Positions 38,078 to 47,315 of a stretch of DNA of 64,000 bases are shown piece by piece. Location: the IMG/VR virus record IMGVR_UViG_3300019890_000003, positions 1 to 64,000 of that record. One strand, 5' to 3'. Position 1 is the first letter of the stretch; each line of letters begins with the position of its first letter. The translations under genes were made by a program, and so were the position numbers. Source of the stretch: a virus. A model generated the notes under the pieces. That model was not told the DNA's origin, ran no database searches, and worked only from the letters and a program-made list of their open reading frames with translations.

Positions 38078-38120
38078 TGGCAAAATCCCCTTGACACGAC
38101 GAGGGCAAATGCCCTAGAAT
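38078..38120 (+). promoter_or_regulatory. Promoter with operator in spacer
   Basis: TTGACA-18-TAGAAT; AGGGCAAATGCCCT at 38102-38115. Confidence 0.7.
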
Positions 38121-38155
38121 GCCCCTATGAATTAGCTCTTGCCTGAGGAACCGCC

Positions 38156-38476
38156 ATGCTTACCGAAGCCGAAGTTGAGACGAAAACCTTCGAGGCTATC
38201 GAAGCCGCGACCACCTATGCAGCCGAGTGTGCAATTCGAGTTAGGGCAAGGGATTTTGCCCTTTGCCCAGCTCTCCTCGACAGCATCGAACCAGGTCTTT
38301 CGACGAAGTCACCGAGGCGCATGCGCGCGACCATCATGGGCTTCATTGGCGACGAGATGATGAAGCCTCGCCGCGACTTTTCTTTTGGCGGTTTTATTCC
38401 GTTGATCAACCTGAACGGCGCGCTGAATTACGCGAATCAATGCGTCGCGATCGAGAGCCGCGAGTTCGCGCGATGA
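38156..38476 (+). CDS. Early hypothetical protein
   Basis: SD GAGG; follows the promoter. Confidence 0.55.
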   Translation: MLTEAEVETKTFEAIEAATTYAAECAIRVRARDFALCPALLDSIEPGLSTKSPRRMRATIMGFIGDEMMKPRRDFSFGGFIPLINLNGALNYANQCVAIESREFAR

Positions 38477-38555
38477 TATGGGCTTTTCTTATGACATTTC
38501 TCCTTGGCTTTATTGCTGGGGTTATCGTCTGCATAGCAATTGACGAGGCAAATCG

Positions 38556-38807
38556 ATGAGAAGCCCAACCCCTTGGGAATTTCAAATGCACGAGCTTCAA
38601 ATAGGGTTTTCGTGCGCCGTTTATGACGCGACTGGAGTCCCCTTAGATCTCGGCCACCTAGATGAGGAGGACCTGCGCATAATCTCCGCCGTCCATGATT
38701 TGCTGTCTGCAGCAAGGACAGCGGCCGCCATGATCGACGCGCAGGCCTATCCTGGCGTCGTCGCGAAACTGCAAATCGCCGTGGCTAAGGCAGAGGGACG
38801 CGAATGA
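38556..38807 (+). CDS. Hypothetical phage protein
   Basis: SPTPWE...IISAVHDLLSAA...AVAKAEG, a common phage pattern. Confidence 0.6.
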   Translation: MRSPTPWEFQMHELQIGFSCAVYDATGVPLDLGHLDEEDLRIISAVHDLLSAARTAAAMIDAQAYPGVVAKLQIAVAKAEGRE

Positions 38808-38986
38808 GCACTGAAACAGCCCCATGGAACGTCATCGATCATCTCAATACACCCGAGGCGATCGGCCAATACATCATCGCGGCATTTGAGGACGGAGATC
38901 CCGAGCTTATTTCCGCAGTTATCGGCGACGTGGCCCGCGCCATGAGTCGTCTTCTCGATGAAATGGAGCGCCACAGTGAGCCATGA
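38804..38986 (+). CDS. HTH-less antitoxin fragment (HI1420-type addiction antidote N-terminus)
   Basis: PWNVIDHLNTPEAIGQYIIAAFEDGDPELISAVIGDVARA, then ends. Confidence 0.65.
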   Translation: MSTETAPWNVIDHLNTPEAIGQYIIAAFEDGDPELISAVIGDVARAMSRLLDEMERHSEP

Positions 38987-39178
38987 ATCGCTAGTGCATT
39001 ACAAGTTCGCCGTACTGAGCGCTACCGCGCTTTACGGCCCAACCATTGAGCGCAGCTTTGGGCGCCCGCTTATCGTCCGGTCGAAGAAAGCTGATGCGCT
39101 AGCGCGCGCACTCCCCGAGCCAGAGCGCACCGCCGTCGAGAAGCTCTTCGCGCTACTGCGCAATATCGTGGAGATGAA

Positions 39179-39361
39179 ATGACCAACATACTCGTGACTA
39201 CCTATCTTCGTGATCTCGCGGAGCGCCTTATGATGATCTCGGGGAGTTGTGGCGTGGACGATACCGACGTCAAACAACTCCTAGATCTAGCCGACACACT
39301 AGATGAGGAGCGCGCTGGACGCCTGCTGAGGAGTACAAGCGCCAATGACCAAGTACCTTAG
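39179..39361 (+). CDS. Hypothetical protein
   Basis: Coupled ORF. Confidence 0.45.
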   Translation: MTNILVTTYLRDLAERLMMISGSCGVDDTDVKQLLDLADTLDEERAGRLLRSTSANDQVP

Positions 39362-39364
39362 CCT

Positions 39365-39781
39365 ATGATGACGGAGGATATCGAAAATCTCGCTATCCAA
39401 TTGTGTGCTCTCGCTACGGCGCGCGGGAGAAGTATCGAGCTTGCGAATGCCGTCAGCTATTTGACAGATATTACCGCTCCGCACGTGCGAGTTTCGGACA
39501 TTCAAGAGATAGTGGCTATGGAGTATGGCGTTACTGTACACGAAATGAAAGCCAGACGAGGCAGCCACGCAAAGATAGTTAGGCCTCGCCACATCGCTTA
39601 TTTCATCGCTACCAAGTTAACTGCTCTATCGTTCAGCGCAATAGGTCATATCTTTGGGAACCGAGACAGGACTACAATCCTTTATGGCGTGCGCCGCGTT
39701 AAGGATCGAGTGGCGAGCGACACTGCATTTGCTGATGAAGTCGCGCTATTAATACGAAGAATCACAGGAGCAATAGAATGA
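39365..39781 (+). CDS. DnaA C-terminal HTH-like protein
   Basis: IVRPRHIAYF...SFSAIGHIFGNRDRTTILYGVRRV. Confidence 0.8.
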   Translation: MMTEDIENLAIQLCALATARGRSIELANAVSYLTDITAPHVRVSDIQEIVAMEYGVTVHEMKARRGSHAKIVRPRHIAYFIATKLTALSFSAIGHIFGNRDRTTILYGVRRVKDRVASDTAFADEVALLIRRITGAIE

Positions 39782-39987
39782 TCGACATAGAGAAGGGCAT
39801 ACCGTTCCCAGCTATTCGCTGCAGAAAGTATCCATTTGATAAAATGGAAAAGGGCGATTCCTTTTTTATCGCCACCGACAAACTGAACTCGGTGCACAAT
39901 TCCGCATCCGTTTGGGGACGGCGGCACAACATGAAGTTCGTGGTTAGAAAGGTAGACGACGGCGCTCGTGTCTGGCGAATCAAATAA
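39778..39987 (+). CDS. Small DNA-binding-like phage protein
   Basis: IEKGIPFP...KYPFDKMEKGDSFF...GARVWRI. Confidence 0.65.
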   Translation: MIDIEKGIPFPAIRCRKYPFDKMEKGDSFFIATDKLNSVHNSASVWGRRHNMKFVVRKVDDGARVWRIK

Positions 39988-40140
39988 CAAGACTACCCGC
40001 CTAGGGTACCTCCCGGCAGCCGCTCCACCAACGGGCTATGTTTAAAGGACATTCAAGACAAAGTTCGGGTTCTTAGGCGGGTAATCTTATCATGCCTGTG
40101 AAACTTTGTAAGGTGGATACTTCAACAACGAGTGATACAC

Positions 40141-41073
40141 ATGACTATCAACGCCAAGATACTCGCCCCATCAGACCGCGAAGAATGGCTAGAGCAACGC
40201 CGCCGCGTAGTTGGCGCGAGCGAGATCGCCGTGTTGTTCGATAAATCGCCCTGGGTAAGCCCGTTCAAGCTGTCCGCAATCAAAGGCGGCCTAATTGAGG
40301 ATGATGACGAAAATCAGAACATGCGGTGGGGACGCTTGCTTGAACCTATTGCCGTCCAACTTATTAAGGAAGAGCATCCGGATTGGACCGTCCAATATAA
40401 CACCCTCCCCAATCTGCAATATTTTGTAGATCCTGCTAATCGAATTGGCGCGACGCCGGATGCTTTCGTAAAAATTCCAGGGCGTGAGGGGCGCGGCATA
40501 ATTCAAATAAAATCCGTCGATCAGTCTTCTTTCAGAAAGCGATGGCTTCAAAACGGCGGTGATATAGTGCCGCCTATTTATGTCGCACTACAGGCAGCCA
40601 TTGAGTGTGCCATTACTAATTCCCAATACGCTCTTGTCGCAGCACTGGTTATCAGAGAAGATTTACACTTAGAAGAAGTGCCGTTGACGCCAGGCCTCTA
40701 TGCCGCCGCCGCCGCGCGCTCACTAGCATTTTGGGAGAAAGTTGATCGTGGAGAGACGTATGCGCCAGACTTCGAAAAAGACGGAGATCTCATCCGCAAC
40801 ATCTACGCCGACGCGTCGGACGGGAAAGAGATCGATCTCAGCGGAGACAACGAAATTCTTGAATTGGCGGAAAACGATCGGGTCCTCATGGGCGTTGAAT
40901 CAGAAGCCACAGCCGCCCGCAAAATCATCAAGAACAAACTCAAATTCAAAATGAAGGATGCCAACGTTGCGCTGTTTCGCGGGGATGTTATCGCGACGGC
41001 CACGACCGTGCATCGAAAACCGACAGCGGCCACGACCTACAGGCAATTTAAATTTAAGGAGAACAAGCAATGA
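40141..41073 (+). CDS. YqaJ/lambda-exonuclease family recombination nuclease
   Basis: WLEQRRRVVGASE...WGRLLEP...GATPDAF...IQIKS. Confidence 0.85.
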   Translation: MTINAKILAPSDREEWLEQRRRVVGASEIAVLFDKSPWVSPFKLSAIKGGLIEDDDENQNMRWGRLLEPIAVQLIKEEHPDWTVQYNTLPNLQYFVDPANRIGATPDAFVKIPGREGRGIIQIKSVDQSSFRKRWLQNGGDIVPPIYVALQAAIECAITNSQYALVAALVIREDLHLEEVPLTPGLYAAAAARSLAFWEKVDRGETYAPDFEKDGDLIRNIYADASDGKEIDLSGDNEILELAENDRVLMGVESEATAARKIIKNKLKFKMKDANVALFRGDVIATATTVHRKPTAATTYRQFKFKENKQ

Positions 41074-41322
41074 GAAGGCTAGCGAAAAAGCTAATTATTC
41101 CAGTTGTAGGAGCATCAATCTTAGTGGTGGCAGTATGGATGCTAGTCGATGTTGGTTACCAACTCGGCAAGGCCACGCCATGCGTCGACGAAGAGCAATT
41201 CGAAGTTCACCCTATGGAAGTTCCGCAATGAAATTCATCTTCCTCTATATCCTGCTCATCGCCCTGGTGCTCACGTCGGCGGCACTTGGCTTGATCGCCC
41301 TCGTTGCACACGCTCACGCATC

Positions 41323-41640
41323 ATGAAGCTAGTCAGCATCCAATCTCCATACGCAGGCAACATCGAGCGCAACGTCGCCTATGCGCGGCGCGCGCTTCGC
41401 GACTCGCTTGATCTAGGAGAGGTGCCATTCGCCTCGCACTTGCTCTATACGCAGGTCCTTAGAGACGAGAGCCCGGAACGGCAACGCGCCCTTGAGTGCG
41501 ATCATGCCTTTCTTGCCAAGTGCGACCTAGTCGCTTTCTATGCCGATTTTGGTATTTCCCCCGGCATGGACGAAGCCATGGCGAAGGCGGACGGCCTAAA
41601 AATTCAAATGACTATTCGCTATATTGGCAATTGCCCTTGA
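41323..41640 (+). CDS. Nucleoside 2-deoxyribosyltransferase-like (DUF4406-like) protein
   Basis: SPYAGNIERNVAYAR...PFASHLLY...GISPGMDE. Confidence 0.65.
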   Translation: MKLVSIQSPYAGNIERNVAYARRALRDSLDLGEVPFASHLLYTQVLRDESPERQRALECDHAFLAKCDLVAFYADFGISPGMDEAMAKADGLKIQMTIRYIGNCP

Positions 41641-41665
41641 CTTCCAAGGCATTTGCCCTCATATG
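41624..41665 (+). promoter_or_regulatory. Promoter with tandem operators
   Basis: TGGCAATTGCCCT overlapping TTGACT; AAGGCATTTGCCCT at 41646-41659. Confidence 0.55.
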
Positions 41666-41701
41666 TATATTAAGCAATTCTGCTAACCGGAGGACTATGA
41701 A

Positions 41702-42388
41702 ATGGACGCCTGCATTTTTGTCTTAACTATCAACATGATGACGCCGGTTTATATGTCAGACCGCGCCACATACCTCACCGATTTAACCGCTGGTGATAAA
41801 GTCTGCGTGATGGAAATTCTGCCGGACGAGTGGATGTCAATCCATTGGTCGGCTGGCGGCATTGGGCACACCGGCTTCCTGCATGGTGCAACCGTGCACA
41901 AGGAAGCAAAGCCAACTGAGCCCACGCCTTACGAAGAGCACGAGGCGTTACCGCCGCCGCAACCTATTGCGCCGCCCACACCAAGTATGCCACCGCAACA
42001 GCAGCGTGGCTACCCAGGGCAGCCAATGCCCTCGCAAGAGCAACGCAGCGCCAGCACGCCGAATTTGCCACGCGTCTTGGCTATGACATGCCAGCCATCT
42101 GACATTGGCGCGCGCTCGTATGATGTCTTTTTTAAAGACGGCGATCCATCATTAAAAATCACCGGCTCTAACGTGCCACGTTGGTATCACGTAATCGACC
42201 GGCACGATAACAGCGGCGGCCACATTCTCTATGTTGCGGCCAAACGACAAGACCAAGAGCGCACACTCTATTTTGCCTTCGATTATTCGCAAACAAACGG
42301 CGATGCGAGCGCGATCAGAGTGAAGGCGCCGAACGGCTACGACGCCAAGGATAAGTGCTGGATGGATTGGGAACAAACATCTTACTAG
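41702..42388 (+). CDS. SH3-like plus Pro-rich linker plus unknown domain protein
   Basis: LTAGDKVCV...WMSIHW...TGFLH; PPPQPIAPPTP linker. Confidence 0.55.
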   Translation: MDACIFVLTINMMTPVYMSDRATYLTDLTAGDKVCVMEILPDEWMSIHWSAGGIGHTGFLHGATVHKEAKPTEPTPYEEHEALPPPQPIAPPTPSMPPQQQRGYPGQPMPSQEQRSASTPNLPRVLAMTCQPSDIGARSYDVFFKDGDPSLKITGSNVPRWYHVIDRHDNSGGHILYVAAKRQDQERTLYFAFDYSQTNGDASAIRVKAPNGYDAKDKCWMDWEQTSY

Positions 42389-42651
42389 GAGAGTGAAATG
42401 GAAATGCTCTGGATGATAACGAAGATCATACTCGCCATTATCGTGGTCTCAAACGTCGCGCTAATCTGCCTCTTCGCGGTGGCGGCGTGGAGGAACGATC
42501 CATGACTCCTATGTACGCCATCCTGCTCGGCATTGTTATCTTTTGTGTGGTGATTTCTGCCTTCAAATGGTGAGCAAGATGAACGCGGCAAAGGGCAATC
42601 CTGTGACAAAAGTGGGCATTTGCCCTAATGGTGAGTGAACAAGGAGGAATT

Positions 42652-42963
42652 ATGAAGGACATCACTGCTAGGTACGAGAGATACCGTTTTATGAGTCTCG
42701 TCGGATATGTCGGATCTCGTAGATGGGCAGAGGAAATTAACGCCGCTTATCTGGCGATGCGCAATCGTCCAAGGCGACTTGGAGACATGTCGGTAAATCA
42801 GCTTAGAGAGCACCTGGACCACACAGAACAGTTATATGACACATATGTTCAAGATGGATGTGAGAGAGGGCTAGGGTATGCCATCTATCTCGCGCAGAAG
42901 ATGACCAGTCTTCGCGAACAAATCCAACTTAGTAATAGGAGATCAAAACATGCAAGCGATTAA
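42652..42963 (+). CDS. Hypothetical protein
   Basis: SD AAGGAGG; operator at 42613-42626 upstream. Confidence 0.55.
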   Translation: MKDITARYERYRFMSLVGYVGSRRWAEEINAAYLAMRNRPRRLGDMSVNQLREHLDHTEQLYDTYVQDGCERGLGYAIYLAQKMTSLREQIQLSNRRSKHASD

Positions 42964-43180
42964 TACGAATGACCTGCGTGCGCAAATATTGCACGACCTA
43001 GACGACATAAGGGCTGGAAAATTAAGCAAGGGCGAGGCGCGCGTGATTATAGGCATGCACCGCAATCTCATTGAGACATTGAAGGTCGATCTTGCTTATG
43101 CAAACTCGCAAGTGCTCAACATCCGGCCAGTTGAAATTATTTTGAAGCACGCCTCCAAATTAGGTATCGCCGCAGAGTAG
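42950..43180 (+). CDS. Hypothetical protein
   Basis: SD AGGAG. Confidence 0.55.
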   Translation: MQAINTNDLRAQILHDLDDIRAGKLSKGEARVIIGMHRNLIETLKVDLAYANSQVLNIRPVEIILKHASKLGIAAE

Positions 43181-43241
43181 ATGATGGTGACGGAGGCAGG
43201 GGCATTTGCCCTTAGGGTGGTTAGAACTTAGGGAGGTTGCT

Positions 43242-44225
43242 ATGAATGACATAGTCGCACGCGATGACAAAATTGCATCCAAAATCGACACCGAGGTCAC
43301 CGGGAACTTGCCAGTCTCAAACAGCGCTGGCGGCGTGAATTTCGCCAACGCCGGGCAGGTTATGGAATTCGCTAAAATGTTATCGGTATCGAACGTCGCC
43401 GTGCCGAAACACCTTCGGGGCAACCCCGGCGCTTGCTTGGGAATTGTCATGCAAGCGATCGAGTGGCGCATGAGCCCGTTCGCCGTCGCGAACAAATCCT
43501 ATAGCGTCAGCGACAGGCTCGCATACGAAGCCCAGCTGATCCACGCGGTTGTCTTGCAACGCGCGCAGATTGTCGGCCGCATCAAATTTGAATTTAGCGG
43601 AGATGGCGCGTCACGCACATGCCGCACATGGGCGCAGCTCAAAGGCTCTGACGAGATCGTGGATTACACCTCGCCCAGGATCGGCGATATCAAAACCAAA
43701 AACTCGCCGTTGTGGGCGGCGGATCCGGACCAACAGCTAGGTTACTATTCTGTGCGCGCCTTTTGCCGCCGGAATTTCCCAGAAATTCTCATGGGCATTT
43801 ATTCCAAGGACGAACTCGAGGAGTCGCCGCGCATCGGCCCGGAGGCCGCCAGGGACGTCACCCCCAAGAGATCCTTAGCCGATAGGCTAGCATCAATCGC
43901 CGACAATAAGGACAATAGGTTCTATCGGCAGACGCCGGAAGCTATCGCGGAAGAACATGCCGCAGAGGCCAAGCACGATCCGGAGACAGGCGAGGTTGTT
44001 GATAAGGAGCATCAAGAGCATCCGCTTGAACATCCAGGTGTGAAGGGGATGACTGCAGAAACCGCCGAGGTAAAGCTCGCTGGGATGCTCGCCGCGAGGA
44101 ATGGCCAAAAAGAGTTCACTAAGTGGTGGCGTAGACTCTCGCCGCCGGATGCCGAGCGCGCGGAGCCGTATATGGAAGAGTTCAACGCAATCCTAGCGGA
44201 ACAAAGTGGTGCGCCTCGTGGCTAG
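43242..44225 (+). CDS. recT: RecT-family single-strand annealing protein
   Basis: VPKHLRGNPGAC...WRMSPFAVANKSY...SPLWAADPDQQLGY...PEILMGIYSKDE. Confidence 0.85.
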   Translation: MNDIVARDDKIASKIDTEVTGNLPVSNSAGGVNFANAGQVMEFAKMLSVSNVAVPKHLRGNPGACLGIVMQAIEWRMSPFAVANKSYSVSDRLAYEAQLIHAVVLQRAQIVGRIKFEFSGDGASRTCRTWAQLKGSDEIVDYTSPRIGDIKTKNSPLWAADPDQQLGYYSVRAFCRRNFPEILMGIYSKDELEESPRIGPEAARDVTPKRSLADRLASIADNKDNRFYRQTPEAIAEEHAAEAKHDPETGEVVDKEHQEHPLEHPGVKGMTAETAEVKLAGMLAARNGQKEFTKWWRRLSPPDAERAEPYMEEFNAILAEQSGAPRG

Positions 44226-44484
44226 CCTTAAAGAGATGAGGGCGCGAGCGATCGAGGTGATGGCGATGGCTATGTGTAATGTTCATGGCGGAGAAACTCC
44301 TTGGCAAGATCTAGTCGAGGGGGCGGGCGCTGCCTTTGATGCCCTCGGCGCGGCTGGGTTCATCGTCCTCGGGCCAAAGTACACGGAAGAGCAGCTGCTA
44401 GCTGGGCTGAATTCCTATAGCGAGCCGCTAACAGCTTTCGAGACAATAGCCGCCGCAGGGGATCTCGCGAGGAAGCCGGAATGA
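44206..44484 (+). CDS. Tandem paralog 1
   Basis: AAFDALGAAGFIVLGP...AAAGDLARKPE. Confidence 0.55.
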   Translation: MVRLVASLKEMRARAIEVMAMAMCNVHGGETPWQDLVEGAGAAFDALGAAGFIVLGPKYTEEQLLAGLNSYSEPLTAFETIAAAGDLARKPE

Positions 44485-44750
44485 CACGAGAGGAATTTAG
44501 GACGAAGGCGCTCGATGTGATGGAGGGTGCTTATGAAGACGCGTTGCATGCTGGTGGCACAGTTAGAGACACCGTGACCGCCGCCCTCGACGCCCTCGGC
44601 GCCGCCGGGTTCAAAGTTGTAGGGCCGGAGGTGACGCGGGAAATGCTTGATGCCTCGCATATGCGTGGTGGATACGCTGCGCTCTTCGAGTCCATGGCCC
44701 TCTTCGAGGCCATGGCCCTCGCCGGAGATCTAGCAAGGAAGCCGGAATGA
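44481..44750 (+). CDS. Tandem paralog 2
   Basis: AALDALGAAGFKVVGP...ALAGDLARKPE. Confidence 0.55.
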   Translation: MTREEFRTKALDVMEGAYEDALHAGGTVRDTVTAALDALGAAGFKVVGPEVTREMLDASHMRGGYAALFESMALFEAMALAGDLARKPE

Positions 44751-44938
44751 CCGAAGAGTTCAATTACGAACGCGCCGCAATTGAAGCTGGGTGGATGCCC
44801 CTTGGCACCGGCCGCTGGATCAAGCGCGGGGCTGGCGGTTGCTACGACGGGACGGCCAGGGAATTGTGCATGTTCCTCGGCATCGGCCCGGAATGGGAGG
44901 CGTGGAAGGCAAAGCCATATGTCAAACCGTCCAGCTAG
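44747..44938 (+). CDS. Hypothetical protein
   Basis: Coupled ORF. Confidence 0.5.
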   Translation: MTEEFNYERAAIEAGWMPLGTGRWIKRGAGGCYDGTARELCMFLGIGPEWEAWKAKPYVKPSS

Positions 44939-45095
44939 CTTTACCGAAGCCGATGCGAAGCGCGCATGCAGGGCCGCGCCGGATCGGGTCGTGGAGATCC
45001 ATTTGCCGGATGGGACGGTGATCCGTATGATTCCAGGCGGCACGCAAGAAGCAGTTAAGTCCACGGTTGTGGAGAAAAAGGACGTTAGGCTGTGA
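44919..45095 (+). CDS. Excisionase-like protein
   Basis: MSNRPASFTEADAKRACRAA...VEIHLPDGTVIRM; two genes upstream of int; SD GGAAGG. Confidence 0.6.
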   Translation: MSNRPASFTEADAKRACRAAPDRVVEIHLPDGTVIRMIPGGTQEAVKSTVVEKKDVRL

Positions 45096-45310
45096 AAATT
45101 ATAGTCGCAGCAGCGACCGTCGCCATCACCACGACTGGTGTGCCGCATGCCGATCCGCGTGGCCCTATTACCGACGATTTCAAGCGAGGGGCGTGCTACG
45201 TTCTCGATCTATGGAATCAGACACTTCGTATGCCTGACGGCACGAAGATGCAGGGAGATATCACGCTTTCTGGCAAAAACTCATTCACCTGCCCAATGGC
45301 TCCACAATGA
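45092..45310 (+). CDS. Small secreted-like protein
   Basis: Hydrophobic N-terminus; two Cys. Confidence 0.45.
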   Translation: MKIIVAAATVAITTTGVPHADPRGPITDDFKRGACYVLDLWNQTLRMPDGTKMQGDITLSGKNSFTCPMAPQ

Positions 45311-46317
45311 TTCGCCCAATGCCGCCAAACCTTTACCTGGAACGCAACCGTCACGGGACGGCCGTGTTCTATGTTCGCGTCGGGAAGGGGCCACGGATAC
45401 GTGTGCGTGGGGCTTACGGGTCATCTGAATTTGCCAGCAATTACAACACTGCCATCCTCGGCATAGCGCCACAGAGCGGCCCCGTGACGGCCACGGGCAC
45501 CCTAGGATGGCTCATCGAGCGTTACGAGGATTCCAGCGCCTGGGAGAGGCTCTCCGCAGCCACAAAGAGGCAGAGGGGCTATGTCTTCAAGACCGTGGCC
45601 AAGCGGGCAGGGGATACGCCGCTAAGTTCCATCACAGCGAAGGTTATACGGCAGGGCGTCGAGGATCGCGCCAAGACGCCATTCGCCGCCAATGGTTTTC
45701 TGAAAACGATGCGCGTGCTGTTCCAATGGGCCAAGCGCGCGCAACACGTTGATGCGGATCCGACCGCAGGCGTAATGGGCTTTCCTAACAAAACTGAGGG
45801 ACACCACACATGGACGGACGAGGAGATTTCGTGTTTCGAATCGCGGTGGCCAGTCGGGACCCGACAGCGATTGGCACTCTCTATTTTGCTCTTTACGGGG
45901 TTGCGCCGTGGGGATGCCGCAGTGCTAGGACGGCAACATATCAAGGGTGGTGTGATCTCATTGCGAACCACAAAGACCGGCCAGCAAGTCACTATCCCAA
46001 TCCTCCCTCAGCTTGCCGAGATTATAAATGCGACGAAGACGGGTGACCTCGCCTTCATTGCGACGGCGGCCGGCCGGCCAATGACGGCGGAGAGTTTCGG
46101 ATCTTGGTTCCACGAGGCGTGCAAGGCGGCTGGGGTGCCAGGATCCGCGCATGGGTTGCGCAAGGCGGGCGCGACGCGCGCGGCGAACAACGGCGCGACG
46201 ACGGCTCAATTGAATGCCATTTATGGATGGACTGGCGAGAAGATGGCGTCGCTCTATACGAGGAATGCCGATCGTGCGCGGTTGGCGCGGGACGCAATGA
46301 GGAAGCTAGTGAAATGA
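45307..46317 (+). CDS. int: Tyrosine integrase
   Basis: TGLRRGD (R), KTG (K), HGLRK (HxxR), YGW, LYT (Y) catalytic motifs. Confidence 0.95.
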   Translation: MIRPMPPNLYLERNRHGTAVFYVRVGKGPRIRVRGAYGSSEFASNYNTAILGIAPQSGPVTATGTLGWLIERYEDSSAWERLSAATKRQRGYVFKTVAKRAGDTPLSSITAKVIRQGVEDRAKTPFAANGFLKTMRVLFQWAKRAQHVDADPTAGVMGFPNKTEGHHTWTDEEISCFESRWPVGTRQRLALSILLFTGLRRGDAAVLGRQHIKGGVISLRTTKTGQQVTIPILPQLAEIINATKTGDLAFIATAAGRPMTAESFGSWFHEACKAAGVPGSAHGLRKAGATRAANNGATTAQLNAIYGWTGEKMASLYTRNADRARLARDAMRKLVK

Positions 46318-46324
46318 AATGGCA

Positions 46325-46550
46325 ACATTCGCCCGCACCGGATTTAACCCTAGCGCCCGCACCTCGTCCGAAGCCGAATAAAATCAACCTCAAAAATAAG
46401 CACTCGTGTCCCAGCCGGGAATGTCGGTTTAGTGTGAAAGACTAATAGAATCAATGATGGTGCGGGAAACTTCGAGGGGGGAATTTACTATAAAGGCTTA
46501 AATGGACGTTAAATTACACACCACATTCCCCGCACCTACCCCCGCACTTT
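46325..46550. other. Putative intact attP
   Basis: Arm-type repeats CCCGCAC(C) at 46332, 46356, 46529 and 46541, inverted at 46459; AATCAA IHF-like half sites; AT-rich. Confidence 0.7.
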
Positions 46551-46561
46551 GAGAGTTAATT

Positions 46562-47053
46562 ATGCCTAAGCCGCTGCCGCCTTATCTTCGCAAAGAAATC
46601 ACGCGCCACGGACATGTTGTCTGGTACGTCCGCGTCCGTAAGGGTCCAAGAACACGAATCCGTGGAGAGTTTGGATCTGAACATTTCATGAAGTCATATA
46701 GCGCGGCGATAGTCGGAGACCCGGTTCCGTCGCTGGCAGATGGCCATTCACAAATGATGCGGGTCGGCACCTCGCCGAAACCGACGGGGCATATCTATTT
46801 CGCCAGCGACGGGCGTTATATTAAAATTGGGTTTGCTTCGAATGTCAAAAACAGAGTCGCAAGTCTGCAAACCGGGCATCACAAAAAACTTGCTGTTCTC
46901 CGAGTTGAGAAGGGAACCATGGAGGATGAGGCCAAATTTCACGAACGATTTGCGACTCTTCGCGCTCGCGGTGAATGGTTTCGCCGAGAAGGCGAACTTG
47001 CTGAGTACGTCGGCATAGAGCCGATAACATTTCACAAGGACGTCAGGCTCTAA
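46562..47053 (+). CDS. Integrase N-terminal domain fused to GIY-YIG (T5orf172/MUG113-like) domain
   Basis: First 52 aa match the Int N-terminus at 28 positions; HIYFA...IKIGFA...RVASLQTG...E..FH.RF...GEWF. Confidence 0.75.
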   Translation: MPKPLPPYLRKEITRHGHVVWYVRVRKGPRTRIRGEFGSEHFMKSYSAAIVGDPVPSLADGHSQMMRVGTSPKPTGHIYFASDGRYIKIGFASNVKNRVASLQTGHHKKLAVLRVEKGTMEDEAKFHERFATLRARGEWFRREGELAEYVGIEPITFHKDVRL

Positions 47054-47069
47054 TGGACACGGTGGAGAA

Positions 47070-47315
47070 ATGATATCTGACGAAATGCTCAATCACATTG
47101 CCACGCTAGAAGAAGGCCAGAAGAGTGCATTAGACGATCATGAAGAGCGCATCGCCGAGCTGGAAGCCAAGATCGAGGCACCTCATGCCAGGCTTGCAGC
47201 GTTATCGGCACGCATCGCTGAGCTTGAGGCCGCTATCGAAAAACTTTCCAAACACTATTGGGATCTTGAAACGGAAATGGATGAGAAATTCGCCAAATTA
47301 GAGGCGCTGAAATGA
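47070..47315 (+). CDS. Coiled-coil protein
   Basis: Repeated RIAELEA. Confidence 0.55.
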   Translation: MISDEMLNHIATLEEGQKSALDDHEERIAELEAKIEAPHARLAALSARIAELEAAIEKLSKHYWDLETEMDEKFAKLEALK

